Virus record (IMG/VR): IMGVR_UViG_3300032225_001145
Location: 60,972-124,971 of that record
Strand: one strand, 5' to 3'
Length of the DNA stretch: 64,000 nucleotides
Source: a virus
Taxonomy: Duplodnaviria > Caudoviricetes
Position 1 is the first letter of the stretch. Each line of letters begins with the position of its first letter. This document shows positions 43,101 to 49,569 of this stretch, one piece after another. Both the position numbers and the translations under genes were made by a program. A model generated the notes under the pieces. That model searched no databases. It was given only the letters and a program-made list of their open reading frames with translations, and was not told where the DNA came from.

Positions 43101-44018
43101 TTGAGGACCCGAACCACTAGTAGCATCTATAATGTTTAATTGTCCTCTTAGATTGTAAAGTACATCATTACAATAATAAAGAACATCAGGCGCATCTTGC
43201 GGAACTGTAAATGTAACTAATCCAGAATATGCTCCGTTATTAGTAACACCTTCGCTAAACAAATTAGCTGTGCCAAATGATGCTTCGGTTTTAATGTAAA
43301 ATTTATAAGGTCCCGTTTGTACTAAATTCCAAGTATAAGTGTTTCCACGAACTAAAGTTAATGTCGGATTAGCTGTTTGATCAATAGCCCAACTACTTGT
43401 TCCGTTGTTAATAACACGATAATCAACCGCGTTAGCTGTATTTTGTGCTACTACAAAGTTATAATTTCCTTCGCGGACTAATGTTAATGTTGGATTAGTT
43501 CCTTCATATCCACTAAAAGTATAAGCACCATTAGTACGAGTAACTGTAAAAGTTTGTTCTGTTGGAACAGATGTAGGTGCTACTGTAACTAAATCTGGCC
43601 CGTTAGGCAACCAATAGTATTGAGAATAATTACTATACTTGTCAAAATCTACAAATGGGTCCCAAGAATAATATTCGCTTTCAAATAATCTATCTTGTTG
43701 ATTTACGATTCCACCTTGTGTTGATAACGCATCAAGTATTCCAGGATAAGTTATAGCATCATCAATTTTACCAGTAACAGGATTTAAAGATATAACTCCA
43801 GGTTCTAATTGATAATTATTGCGAATTTTAGTTGGTTCAATAACATAACTGTCATTGGCGTTTACACCTGGACCAACTCTTTGACCAATAAAACCTTGTG
43901 TTTGTTTGTATTGTGGTTCTTGAATTAACTGATCGAGGGTAGCGTTCAGGAATTGTGTGTTTACTGGAGTTTGGAATATCTCTGGTAGAAAATCTACCGA
44001 ACGAATCTGTGCGGCCAT
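28185..44018 (-). CDS. giant 5277-aa baseplate/tail-associated structural protein
   Basis: Single uninterrupted ORF directly after the gp6-like gene; FG-GAP-like propeller repeats and internal repeated modules. Confidence 0.85.
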   Translation of the reverse strand: MAAQIRSVDFLPEIFQTPVNTQFLNATLDQLIQEPQYKQTQGFIGQRVGPGVNANDSYVIEPTKIRNNYQLEPGVISLNPVTGKIDDAITYPGILDALSTQGGIVNQQDRLFESEYYSWDPFVDFDKYSNYSQYYWLPNGPDLVTVAPTSVPTEQTFTVTRTNGAYTFSGYEGTNPTLTLVREGNYNFVVAQNTANAVDYRVINNGTSSWAIDQTANPTLTLVRGNTYTWNLVQTGPYKFYIKTEASFGTANLFSEGVTNNGAYSGLVTFTVPQDAPDVLYYCNDVLYNLRGQLNIIDATSGSGPQFWIQTQPGIDGRLPWSPNISDRDVFGVSNNGTDLGTVTFNVPTLTAQSFYQTLPYINYPSTGTGTVDLICSTFTYSQLDGVLVDTFLSENPTGIDGITNLNSRTLVFTDDTDPTVLASLWQIQYVSGVIQLNSILTITNNTQFSITYGTEYVNTQWYKNSFGSYEQIPLLTASLPAVYYQDSEDPTIFGQIKFITENVNSTTSPLAVIGINATGSSVTLNFTTQLTAPYSIGSSIIVSQVNPAGYNGTYFVTSCTTSSVTFNSTETAAYIGGGTINSINVNAYINVDTEIVGQKNYVSPNGVTFTNGLKVVFQGNVYPTSYIGNSYYVQGVGSSIFLVPTSSLGILNVNTDILGQQSYTSSNGIKFTNNLKIKFNGTVYPDSYSNNIYYVEGVGRPGGIYLSQIIIVAPSTTTPSTTINVNTQILGQSEYTTPAGVVFTNGLKVTFQGDVTPSSYVGNTYYVQGVGSSITLLDATNHSDSLYSTEIIIQPVEPDYLTINMASPDLNPWSRSNRWFHVDVIDAAAAYNDIQPSYTNAQRANRPILEFRAGTKLFNFGTQGITPVNVIDTTQTDALLNVAGQLGYGIDGYTLVQDSLVIFAADNNLEVRNQIYQVNFIVVDPEVSLVPIIDLVPISTNPVLVNQVTVCTSGNTQTGKSFYYTGSEWLSTQQKTAVNQAPLFDVYNSSGVSFSDPTQYPSSNFAGCKLLSYAENADNPIDEVLGIPLAFFSINNIGDILFDNNLYTDSFIYTPAGGTGSTIDVSSGFVRQYSDRVTFTREIGWQTATIPSLARQQFQFSYAGTPLQFDIAIETNLDVPPAQVFINSLYQEPSTYTLSVNTTTNTSTITLNGSGYVTGDVIEVLVYSQQVSDQGFYEIPINLENNPFNENSSQFSLGTVRNHYNTICENLTALQGPINGRNNTRDLGNIIPYGQLILQQSSPLTLAGYFLRSANYNIFAALEYNNREYTKYKNKLLTAVTQLNLNGTETVSQILDLAIRNITTSLTSSDPFYWSDMLPAGTNYTTNTITVNPITTNVFNTNEMYNFTSSNYLGLLVYVNKVLLLRGSQYTVSTDALKLTIHVPLSVGDVVTIDEYPVTYPNWCPNTPSKMGLYPKYTPSIFVDDTYSEPTVVIQGHDGSITIAFGDIRDQVLLEFEKRIYNNIKLDDNPIPLATDEVDPDFYPDQTTGLLPGFFRDTPYTYQEINQIMSEDFLTWVGQNKIDYTTQNYVANNPFTWNYSQAADRVDQQPFLQGNWRGIYRYFYDTETPNSTPWEMVGFSEEPDWWVLRYGPAPYTSGNTVLWDDLEAGIVGNPAGPYILPEYVRPGLRKIIPAGTSGELLPPNLSVMGRNNPYGFQQSWVAGDGGPVQASWWNSSSYPFAIMRMLALTKPAQFFSLYADRDLYRYNTELGQYLLNDRYRLDATGVQVYGNGVSKASYINWIVDYNQQFGVNSTTDLTIDLANLDVRLCYRMASFSDPVYVQLFTERAGPNSTNNSLLVPPSSYDLLFYKNQPFNQITYSSVIVQVEQLGSGGIGYSVQGYSSAQPYFEILQSNPVGLYSTLTAGNLSVQVPSQYTNNIKQIPYGYVFTTPASVCDFLLSYGAWLSSQGIVFDNIFNGHTLNWSQMCQEFLNFAAQGWEPNTIINLNPCATKITASQPISIVDTVASITPENMLLDQNAEVLDVRNLVVYRDGNLFSITTTNSQTINYLTLKFTNYEDMIVLNNTSQFNDLIYDPATAARQSRLSLIASTTTQWDGQLNAQGFILNLNNVEQWKPYTKYTKGEIVLYKNTYWQALTISEPQETFNYVEWVKSNYQLIDNGLLPNLANKADQLVTTYNVYQANLTSDNDLFAFGLIGFRPRQYMTDLNLNDVTQVQLYQQFIGTKGSLQAAEIFNTAQLNRNESGAYNVYENWGILSGTYGAQANKSNFDIQLNQALLPYNPSTIQIINPGETSQANQQIYLSNLWKESYNITSTDILPTIYEGSNTPTALPSAGYVCLDDIDVTVFSLEDPSSIDANINIIGIGTYIWIAKINPYDWGVYRTAAVGATMTQLSDNLNGTSVAQFNNTHNLSIGDLIIIKYFNNAINGVYRVLTIPTPTTVTIAYSFTKTNVTTVSGTGLVLHLQSARVTQASDISKLPYVNSLVPGAIAWVDDDGDGHWEAVQKQSPFVTSSTLVGPTANNQFAYSIAQAQNNLFALVGSPGGGNGAGRVAGYYKDILSDYQFSTDIRLDALETSNFGNMLAFGASNWAVAGANTSMSGTGYAAVIYRVSGTDTAAISQLLVPPDQNFSAIEFGTAGVISTDENWMYIGAPGANCVYAYQKVQIEDQSIQYITANDILSYRYNNALQIDYAHPAQLKVYLGGSTEFTKDTLLTYGIDYTIDASSITFLNNTPPNNGQYLTIRRNELQQLDEKIYYHRYQNSVVGVGTGALFTVQDTRGVYYPTLEFGGQNYSIGDVLTINGTQLGGTNPTNNLTITVTGVNILGTIVGFSYVGTGIINANNFVLNQYLYNATTINNFVVSVNKVIQRPYLDYTFDSQTTALTFITIPPEGAEIYVSTPTYWQYVEKITSAQSLLGDRFGASIATSTDGRQITVGAPNSNISAGKAYVFDRSVLRFIVSNPSQTTYTVAGSITAPATVSVNGVYLLTTSQSTNGQYTVNGNNVVFSNITFNYGDIIEIGTNQITQIQQLYSSTPNENAQYGFAIDSCPLNCSLYLGAPFDSTRLDLAGSVDHQVNQSRVYGITTSTIANPTLTAGGTLRINDTQVTVPSGANNTIEGFAAAINAANIPNVLASTTSNLEFLGDGSTKIFYIGDLYSSASSYTTVVYIDNIKQTAGTDYTYDNATQNIYFLYAPLAGRKITIISGRLTISVKNINGGIPYNYITVLPGTVSSVFNQLGFNTFVLTQQILSPAPVFNGQFGASLSIDTSAVNLIVGSPNGNVYEPTTFDAGQTYFDEHSTTFYNPIINGGVAYTYDYFPSSNKSINNPGQFAFGQQIYINTKNVSIKSGDRFGTSVSYVTGKLMVGATGGTVNNTTSAGYAAVFQNPDNTPSWKPIRTQQPVVDVYGINGVFSYNGEQSAGVNTTITGQYQTYFDFFDPLQGKILGIARSNIDYIGAVDPAQYNQGSVHNNGQTWSKEHIGQMWWDTDTVRFIDPNQDDIVYASRRWGQTFPGSKVDIYQWVESANPPSNYTGTGTPLSTTSYVISSQLGQNNIFTTLYYFWVKGITTVATGSGKTLSPTAVSSYILDPRSSGLPYIAGLNASTIAIYNAQNLLNASNTILSIGFDREITDAVIHQEYQIITDGIDSSFLNTNLYRKFLDSMCGLDTVGNPVPDPLLSPGMKYGVQFRPRQSMFDDRFTALENYLGRANTVLAQYPISETRSFNLLNSSEPIPTSDVTVTAGNFVIGTTYTILTVGTTNFTTIGASSNTAGVSFVATGSGSGTGSATTIVWNTKVANLEILGYQNLASIPVGYKYLVLSDSSQNGRWTIYEITAPQTLDLHQVQSYDTPEYWYYVNWYLPGYNSSIAPVAAVQNYGQLSTLSLETAPVGSSVRVVSNGAGKFEIYKRSGPDPYIGWTRVGLEDGTIAFKEDLWNYTVGNFGFDAQVFDSQYFDETPQVETRYILRALNEEIYVEDLEYERNSSLILIFNYVYSQFIDPSWLIKTSYVDVNHKIRSLLPYQSYLSGDQNFVLKYFQEVKPYHVQVRQFNLIYTGEDDFLGDITDYDLPAYWDSTLSDPQFVSPILTPYTEAITTSHSSASNTAPNAQIWQYPSLYSQWYQNYLLSVDAVTIPIGGAGYTSTPVVTVTGTCVEQASMTAIINTSGQVIGITINNPGSGYTTDAVITISGGGLPEEPTLWSAGLTVVSNESIITSENTIYKVTTAGTLGNAEPITRIINAGNFIIGSTYTIQFVGTTDFTAIGADSNQSGIVFIATGTGSGTGTAITNTVTVTNGTVILQFVGQIARAVSIMGNPSVRSLNLTLKYDRYEYQSDIVDWTPTEFIIIDLTNVVASNGIATATFEYEQTSIPFSDGNSISINGVSVSALNGTYSVSSCSTINLTYPTTYTGAGYNGQLNGTVLVKYINGTQVRHNNVVYAANGTDGYVQNSVFDPAEWTIVNPGILSGVNRTQGYYVSTVNNPGLNLPLLIDGIDYPGVQVSAVTFNQDTGFDRGNFDINVYDNISLDANGQPTYDLGILNTIFRSFYGTLETGPIPTGTAVSDINIDGGKYVDVYESHAPEELVPGIEFDTLDFRVYTTPGADWQGLGHGFPQVTLQVIYDNSNPTISFAGLQPYPVAIEITDTTQGYDLSQGYDYTIDWVNQTITISNSSLLVADGDRLAIYVYELGGGNQLYKNVYNGAEVGNSLVIPVQYELIQEIAVFVNGTTTTAFTFIDNASVTFGTTLINFDNTYNSTDFISLVAIGPTTINDVTTNYSWSVPTTQYLMAVTGQYDDYELDPTINLEYTNPLVAMVTIGGVTAIGSAGVPYVGDGNTNGYAFPERTGIDYTTISDSNVKVYVDGILQINPTDYTLGVYTGFSGDSLGDNYSIAPYDLDINTKFVLFDTPPAAGTEIYIAVDELAQYTIDPVARTLSFIPGTGIVPDNGQVISVTTFNDTREQRLSTQIFVGPVTITEGIVIEEGFDTTLYSSAVQNDDPGSYSYQEGITISENDFVLYQSYTDAARAWVFLKHVDSNCRVLSPYIDYTIEGNILTLNSGVIGTGDILMVINVTSSVVPEAMEFRIFQDMRGMQATYRMTSATTTTVAQAVSATDDIIHVVNASALSIPDFAANVWGVVTIDGERIMYRDIDLTDNTISSLLRGTAGTGADSHAVGAYVYDMGRGNLLPAQYQDYIESESFLGDGSTKVFTSTLVVNNANEWVASTPYDSTLYSTDGINGEYDPGAASNSRAVEVYLGGTLQTSGYTLSNLDPVVVIFVTAPDAGTEVSIFVRKGTSWYNPGVDTASDGVPLQITNNPMALFLRGGI
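41687..42251 (-). repeat. three tandem ~55-aa repeats within the giant protein
   Basis: INVDTEIVGQ..Y....G..FTNGLKV.F.G.V.P.SY....YYV.GVG..I.L three times. Confidence 0.85.
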
Positions 44019-47000
44019 TAAATTGCTCCGCTGCCAGAAGCAGTTTGTAAATTAGTACTAGTCAACGACTGTATTACTTCAATATCATTAATAGTAGCAC
44101 CATTGACAAAAATCTGGTATGGAGCACATTGTATTTCGTATAAATCGCCAAAACTCTTTTGTGGGTTCAATGGTACTAAAACAACAGATGCTACATAAGT
44201 TCCTATCTGTGCGTGGATATATGCCGCTAGTTCACTAAAATAGAATGTGTCGCCAAAGTTCCAATTAGCAATATCAAAATAAGCATTCATTGTTGATAAA
44301 ACTAAATTACGAATTTGATTATCGCTGGCATTTGTATTAGCGGCCGGAATTACTTTAATAATAGCTCTCAAAGCTTCAGGAGCTTTGCTGCCAAACAATG
44401 GCTGAAATTCTACACTATTAAGAATCATATTGTCGCTGATCATCTTATAATTTTGTAATCCAGCATACGCTGTTGTTAGTTCATCAATAGTGGGCGGTAA
44501 AGGTTCGGTTACTGTGTTAGTAGTATCTTGTATCCAACGTGTATATTGAGTATAATATTCAAGAGTTACAACATATAAATCAATAATGTTAGTACTACCA
44601 GGATCAATAAGATTAGTTAGAGAAGAATTATGACGATATTGGAAATATAATTCTTGTCTACCAACTTGTGCTATCCAGCCTGTTGTAGAATTCAACACCC
44701 TATTACCAGATAAAGTCAATGTTAATATATAGAATGCGTCACTACTATACGCATAAAATATTTGTCCTGTTGGATATTGTTCTTTAACTTGTTCAATAGC
44801 TGCCAATGTTGGATAATCGGCAACTACTATTCCTGCTGGCTGTAACAAATATCTTTCAAGATTATCAAAGTCTACAGTTAATTGGAAAAATACATAGGGT
44901 TTAGGACTTGCTGTACTCGACGGGCTTACTCCTACTACTTCTTTGAAAAAATCTGGGTCGCTAGGAATACCGTCATTATTATAATCTTGATAGCCTACTA
45001 GTACCTGATAATCATCTACTAATCCATCAGTTAGTACAGGTTGCCCAATAATCTTTAATGTTATATCGCTTAACAATGGCGAATTACTATATGGTTGACT
45101 GTTAGTTCTTAAAATTTTAGCAAAATCAGAAATAACAGTTCCAGTGCGACTGTCGTAAATTGACTGCGCTGTGTTAAAGAAAAAGCGAGTTTCTAACACA
45201 CTACCAAAATAATAATTAAGACTGCGAGAAACAACTGTATATTGGCTTCCATTATATGTTGCTTGTATTAACCAGCTAGCATCTATGCCGGCACCTGATG
45301 TATTGCCAGCATTGGTTTGACTCCATGTTGCGCCGGCATCAAGATTGGCCGCTGTTATCAAATACCAAGTGTAAGGGGTGCCTGTAATTGTGCCTGTACT
45401 GTCGTATCCTAGTCCAAAATTTGCTTTCAATAATATTTGATTAGCAATGGATTGCTTTAAACTAGTTGAAAAATCAGAAGTTAATACCGGAATAACTTCG
45501 GTAGCTATTGCTCCTGTTGGAACATAAGTGTTTAACACTACTGGACCTACGCCGTTGGCTAAATTCCCAATACCACCATTACTACCGTTGCCAATTATTG
45601 CTGTAGGAGAAGCCCAAATTACTAAATGGTCACCATCCGATAATGGTAATCCTGGTTGTAATTCGTTGTTACTATCAAAATAATATCCGCTCGGTGGCAC
45701 AAATTTAACTAATGCAGTTTCGACAATAAATTTAGCTGTATTACTAACTGTAGATCCAACCGGGACTGGATTACCATTGCTATCGACAAAATAACCTGTG
45801 GTTTCATTTACAATAGTAGTACTTTCGTGCCACTTATAATTTAAAGGAACTAAATTCGATCGGGGAAAATAAGCGTAATAAAATTGTTTAAAAGTAGCTT
45901 GTACTAATAACGGTGTTATATCGTTCAATATTACATTATTAATATCATTTGTTGTTTGATAGGTAAATGTAAATGCTGGTGTGTTGTTAATATACCATAA
46001 CGCACCATCTGATGAAAAAACATTAGTAGATGAATATTTGCCAGTAGGGTCAACTAAATCTAAATAACGACTTGTGCCAATAGAGCTACGATTTAATGCT
46101 GAGCTTTTAATAATAGAATTATATTTTGTAAATGGAAAATTTGTATAATCTTCTCCATTGACCATTCTATTCTGTGTATAGTATCGAGCAGGGGCTCGTT
46201 GTTTTATTTGATCTATAGTTTCGCGCGGTGCGGCATTGGTAACAGGTGTAGTGATACCGCAAGTAAATGTAATTGTTTCAAGCCCGCCAGCACGACTAAC
46301 ATATGAAATGGGAATCTGTACTGATTGCATATTTTCTGGATTAATAATATATTGTAATCCATTTGATGCTCTAACATAATTACGGAATTGACCAACTGGT
46401 ATAGTTGCGAATACATTGTCGCCAAACAATAATGTAATTTGATCATTGGTGCGACTAGTCACGGAGTATGCCGACCTTATAGTCGAAGACATTTGCTCCA
46501 CTGCTGCAGCATATACTGACGGAACTTGATCCCAAATTTTTGAAATGCCGCCAATATTATCTAGCTGATATAACCAAACATCTGTATTATTGACGCCTTC
46601 GATATTAATATCAACTGTACGGTTAGCAATACTTTCAGCTAGGTTAAAATCTTGATGTTGTAGTGTTCCTTGTTTAAAATAAAAGAAATAACCAGTGTTA
46701 GCACTTGAATATCCTAAATTATCATTGCGATATAATATATTAAAATTTCCATTAGGCAATGGAGGAGGTTCGTAGATATAAGTTTCGCCTAATGAAGTCG
46801 CATTAACTACTTCAAACGGCATGTTAACGCCATCGATGGTAGCTGTATATGGAACTACTGGCAAATATCCTGGCACTAAGTTAATAGTATATTCTTTAGT
46901 ATCTATTCCAAGGATTACTTGATCATTTCCTGGTGACCCAACATGTTGTGTATCAACTAACGATGCGTTAAGAATTGCTGTAAATTGTTCTTGCCAATCA

Positions 47001-47449
47001 AAATTACTAGGATCGGCCCAGTTAATTGTGAGATTGGCAAGATTTACACCGTTATAATCTGTCACATTTTCTGTAGTAGAAACAGAAAATACTTTAAGAT
47101 AACCGCTGGCTTCTGTGTTGCGTTGAGGTGTATAACTTACTAAATTAGCAAGTTTAATAACACTATCACGTCGTTCTGCTGTATCGATATAGTTTTCGCG
47201 AGTATTTAAATCTGTGCGGAATGCTAACGCTTGACCCATAAAAGCCATAACATCTAATAAAGCAATAAACTCTGACGATTCAATATAATCGTTAAATGTC
47301 TCTGGGTAATATTGACGCAAATAGTCTATAAAACTCTTGCGTAAAGTTTCAAAATCGTAACTTTGAAAGTCACCTTCGCTATAGGTCTGATAGATTCTTT
47401 TCCAATCTTCAACTCCAAATAGTACGGTTTGTCTTGTTGTCTTCGCCAT
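44018..47449 (-). CDS. gp6: baseplate wedge subunit (T4 gp6-like)
   Basis: DFETLRKSFIDYL...ESSEFIALLD...TAERRDSV; ETIDQIKQRAP..YYTQNRMVNGEDY. Confidence 0.85.
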   Translation of the reverse strand: MAKTTRQTVLFGVEDWKRIYQTYSEGDFQSYDFETLRKSFIDYLRQYYPETFNDYIESSEFIALLDVMAFMGQALAFRTDLNTRENYIDTAERRDSVIKLANLVSYTPQRNTEASGYLKVFSVSTTENVTDYNGVNLANLTINWADPSNFDWQEQFTAILNASLVDTQHVGSPGNDQVILGIDTKEYTINLVPGYLPVVPYTATIDGVNMPFEVVNATSLGETYIYEPPPLPNGNFNILYRNDNLGYSSANTGYFFYFKQGTLQHQDFNLAESIANRTVDINIEGVNNTDVWLYQLDNIGGISKIWDQVPSVYAAAVEQMSSTIRSAYSVTSRTNDQITLLFGDNVFATIPVGQFRNYVRASNGLQYIINPENMQSVQIPISYVSRAGGLETITFTCGITTPVTNAAPRETIDQIKQRAPARYYTQNRMVNGEDYTNFPFTKYNSIIKSSALNRSSIGTSRYLDLVDPTGKYSSTNVFSSDGALWYINNTPAFTFTYQTTNDINNVILNDITPLLVQATFKQFYYAYFPRSNLVPLNYKWHESTTIVNETTGYFVDSNGNPVPVGSTVSNTAKFIVETALVKFVPPSGYYFDSNNELQPGLPLSDGDHLVIWASPTAIIGNGSNGGIGNLANGVGPVVLNTYVPTGAIATEVIPVLTSDFSTSLKQSIANQILLKANFGLGYDSTGTITGTPYTWYLITAANLDAGATWSQTNAGNTSGAGIDASWLIQATYNGSQYTVVSRSLNYYFGSVLETRFFFNTAQSIYDSRTGTVISDFAKILRTNSQPYSNSPLLSDITLKIIGQPVLTDGLVDDYQVLVGYQDYNNDGIPSDPDFFKEVVGVSPSSTASPKPYVFFQLTVDFDNLERYLLQPAGIVVADYPTLAAIEQVKEQYPTGQIFYAYSSDAFYILTLTLSGNRVLNSTTGWIAQVGRQELYFQYRHNSSLTNLIDPGSTNIIDLYVVTLEYYTQYTRWIQDTTNTVTEPLPPTIDELTTAYAGLQNYKMISDNMILNSVEFQPLFGSKAPEALRAIIKVIPAANTNASDNQIRNLVLSTMNAYFDIANWNFGDTFYFSELAAYIHAQIGTYVASVVLVPLNPQKSFGDLYEIQCAPYQIFVNGATINDIEVIQSLTSTNLQTASGSGAI

Positions 47450-47469
47450 GGTTATTCCAATGTTACAAG

Positions 47470-47477
47470 TATTTATA
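47470..47477 (-). promoter_or_regulatory. T4-type late promoter TATAAATA
   Basis: Exact motif upstream of the gp6-like gene. (T)AAATA also occurs at 1630, 7817, 12774, 12788, 14955, 14981, 15876, 16788, 16796, 27374, 28150, 47884, 55580, 55649, 61399 and 63472. Confidence 0.8.
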
Positions 47478-47502
47478 TAAAAAATAAACTGGGTAGTTTA
47501 AC

Positions 47503-47877
47503 TTAAACGTAACTTGCGGAACGCTGTTGTTCGTTGAAGAAAACAGTTAAGATTTGTGCAGTTGTAGTCGCTACTGTTTGTAGTTCTAATTCTAGTAATA
47601 TACCATTTTGCTGGGGATACATATTGATATTATTAAGGTATAATCTAGGATCAGCCCCAACTACCCGTTGTACTTCATTATAGATAGCAGTTTGTAGTTC
47701 AGGAGTTTGATTTTCAAAGAGATAAGCCCATAATACTGTGCCGTATCCAGGACGGCCTACTACTTCGCCTTGCCTAATATTAAAAGCGTTTAATAAATCC
47801 TGTTTTATTAATTCAAAATCAATGAGTGTGAATGTCTTGTTTTGATTAATTGTGTTAAAACCAATAAAAGTTGTCAT
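47503..47877 (-). CDS. gp25: baseplate wedge subunit (T4 gp25-like)
   Basis: LIKQDLLN.FNIRQGE....PGYG..LW.YLFE...DPR. Confidence 0.88.
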   Translation of the reverse strand: MTTFIGFNTINQNKTFTLIDFELIKQDLLNAFNIRQGEVVGRPGYGTVLWAYLFENQTPELQTAIYNEVQRVVGADPRLYLNNINMYPQQNGILLELELQTVATTTAQILTVFFNEQQRSASYV

Positions 47878-47891
47878 ATTTTATATTTATT

Positions 47892-49568
47892 CTATCCAAA
47901 ATTTGATATTGACGATGCCGCACCTTGTGCCGCTGATTGTGCTTGTGCCAAGGCTTTTTTTGCAGCGTCAATATCTGCTGTAATTCCTAAGCTAGCAGAA
48001 GAAGGCAAGTCGTAAGTTGGTGGCGCAATTAAAGGAGACCCTATTACGCGAGTTACTGCTGCATCAACTACAGAACGATCTACTGTATTAGTATACCCTG
48101 CGGCTGGTTGTACTCCAGCGACCATACTGCTTAAATTAAAATCACTAAAATTAATACTAAACTGGCTAGATTTTGCCAGTGAATCAATACTGGTTGTTAG
48201 ACTCGATTGTGCTGTATTAAACGCTGTCTGTGCTGCATTACTAGCTCCAGATGCTAATGATCCTAAATTAGACCCAATGCTTGATACTGTAGAAGTAGCA
48301 CTATCAGCCCAACCTGAAGCAAGTTCTGTTCCATACTTACTACCTGTAGTTATTAGTGCTCCAATGTCCCCACTTACTGTAGAACTAATTTGAGCTATTG
48401 TTCCTGATACATTGGCATTAGCTAGACCAGTAGCTAATCCAGAAATTTGTGCTACTGTGTTTCCAGTTGCAGCTGTTATGTTATTCAATGTGCTGGTAGC
48501 AAAACCAACAGCTCCTGTAGATAAACTGGATAAGCCAGATGAAAATGATGCTATAGCATTTGCTCCAAGATTTTCAATTCCAAGTGGAATATCACCAAGA
48601 TTAATACTGCTAAGACCGGAAAATGCGTTACTGATTGAATTCCCTACGCTACCTAGTACGCCAACCGCGTCATTGTATAAGGACGATGAAGAATTACCAA
48701 ATAAACCGTTATTGTATCCATTCAAGCCAAATGATAATAATGTTAATGCTGATGCAGTTAATAATGTCCCGTCTGAATTGTATACTTGACCATCATTTAC
48801 TACTGGAGTAGTTGTTGTTGATGGTACTATAGTTGTCTTGGCTACTAATTGATTATAACTTTGATTCAGTAATTCCTCTTGTATAGAATTTTGTAAGGAT
48901 TGATTACATAAAATATCTTTTACACTGAATACTCTATGTTTTCCAGTCCAATTGACAGGCGATTGCATAAAATCTACAAAATTATTGGGGTTAGCACCTG
49001 TACTAGAATTTAAAGGACAAAATCGTTCGCTATAAGTTGGTTTTATATATCCTGCTCGTTCAAGTTGCTGAGCATTAAATCCGTAACTACCTACACCTTT
49101 TTCTTGACTTATATTACAAGCTGAATTATTTACAGTTGTTTTTAAACCTGCTTGTAGTGCTGTTATATTTTGAGAAGTAAGAGTATCTATTCCTTTGGCA
49201 GGTAAACTAACTCTTCCAGTGGGGCTACTGTTAACTTGTATATAATCAGTTTGAGTAATTGGATTCCTAACTGGAGTTTGTGCTACACTTGCTGGTAGTT
49301 GTGCTACCAACGGTAATCCAGCTATAACTGCTAACAAAGTTTGATCATCTACACCTGCTGTGCCGCGCTTTAAACGAGATATTCCAAATTCATTAAGTGC
49401 TTCTTGCGGATGTGTAAGTCTATCACCTTTTTTGTAGCCAACAAATGTACCAGCAGCCATTTGTTCATAAAAAATTTTGTCAGCTTGAGCTTGTGTAGTT
49501 CCTGCTGGAACAGTCATTCTAAATTTGCTTCTAGAAGGAGTGAAGTATTCGTAAATGATGTCAGCCAT
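47892..49568 (-). CDS. baseplate-region structural protein with S/A/G-rich low-complexity C-terminus
   Basis: 558-aa ORF between gp5-like and gp25-like genes; GVGSYGFNAQQLERAGY may be a lysozyme-like remnant. Confidence 0.65.
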   Translation of the reverse strand: MADIIYEYFTPSRSKFRMTVPAGTTQAQADKIFYEQMAAGTFVGYKKGDRLTHPQEALNEFGISRLKRGTAGVDDQTLLAVIAGLPLVAQLPASVAQTPVRNPITQTDYIQVNSSPTGRVSLPAKGIDTLTSQNITALQAGLKTTVNNSACNISQEKGVGSYGFNAQQLERAGYIKPTYSERFCPLNSSTGANPNNFVDFMQSPVNWTGKHRVFSVKDILCNQSLQNSIQEELLNQSYNQLVAKTTIVPSTTTTPVVNDGQVYNSDGTLLTASALTLLSFGLNGYNNGLFGNSSSSLYNDAVGVLGSVGNSISNAFSGLSSINLGDIPLGIENLGANAIASFSSGLSSLSTGAVGFATSTLNNITAATGNTVAQISGLATGLANANVSGTIAQISSTVSGDIGALITTGSKYGTELASGWADSATSTVSSIGSNLGSLASGASNAAQTAFNTAQSSLTTSIDSLAKSSQFSINFSDFNLSSMVAGVQPAAGYTNTVDRSVVDAAVTRVIGSPLIAPPTYDLPSSASLGITADIDAAKKALAQAQSAAQGAASSISNFG

Positions 49569-49569
49569 G

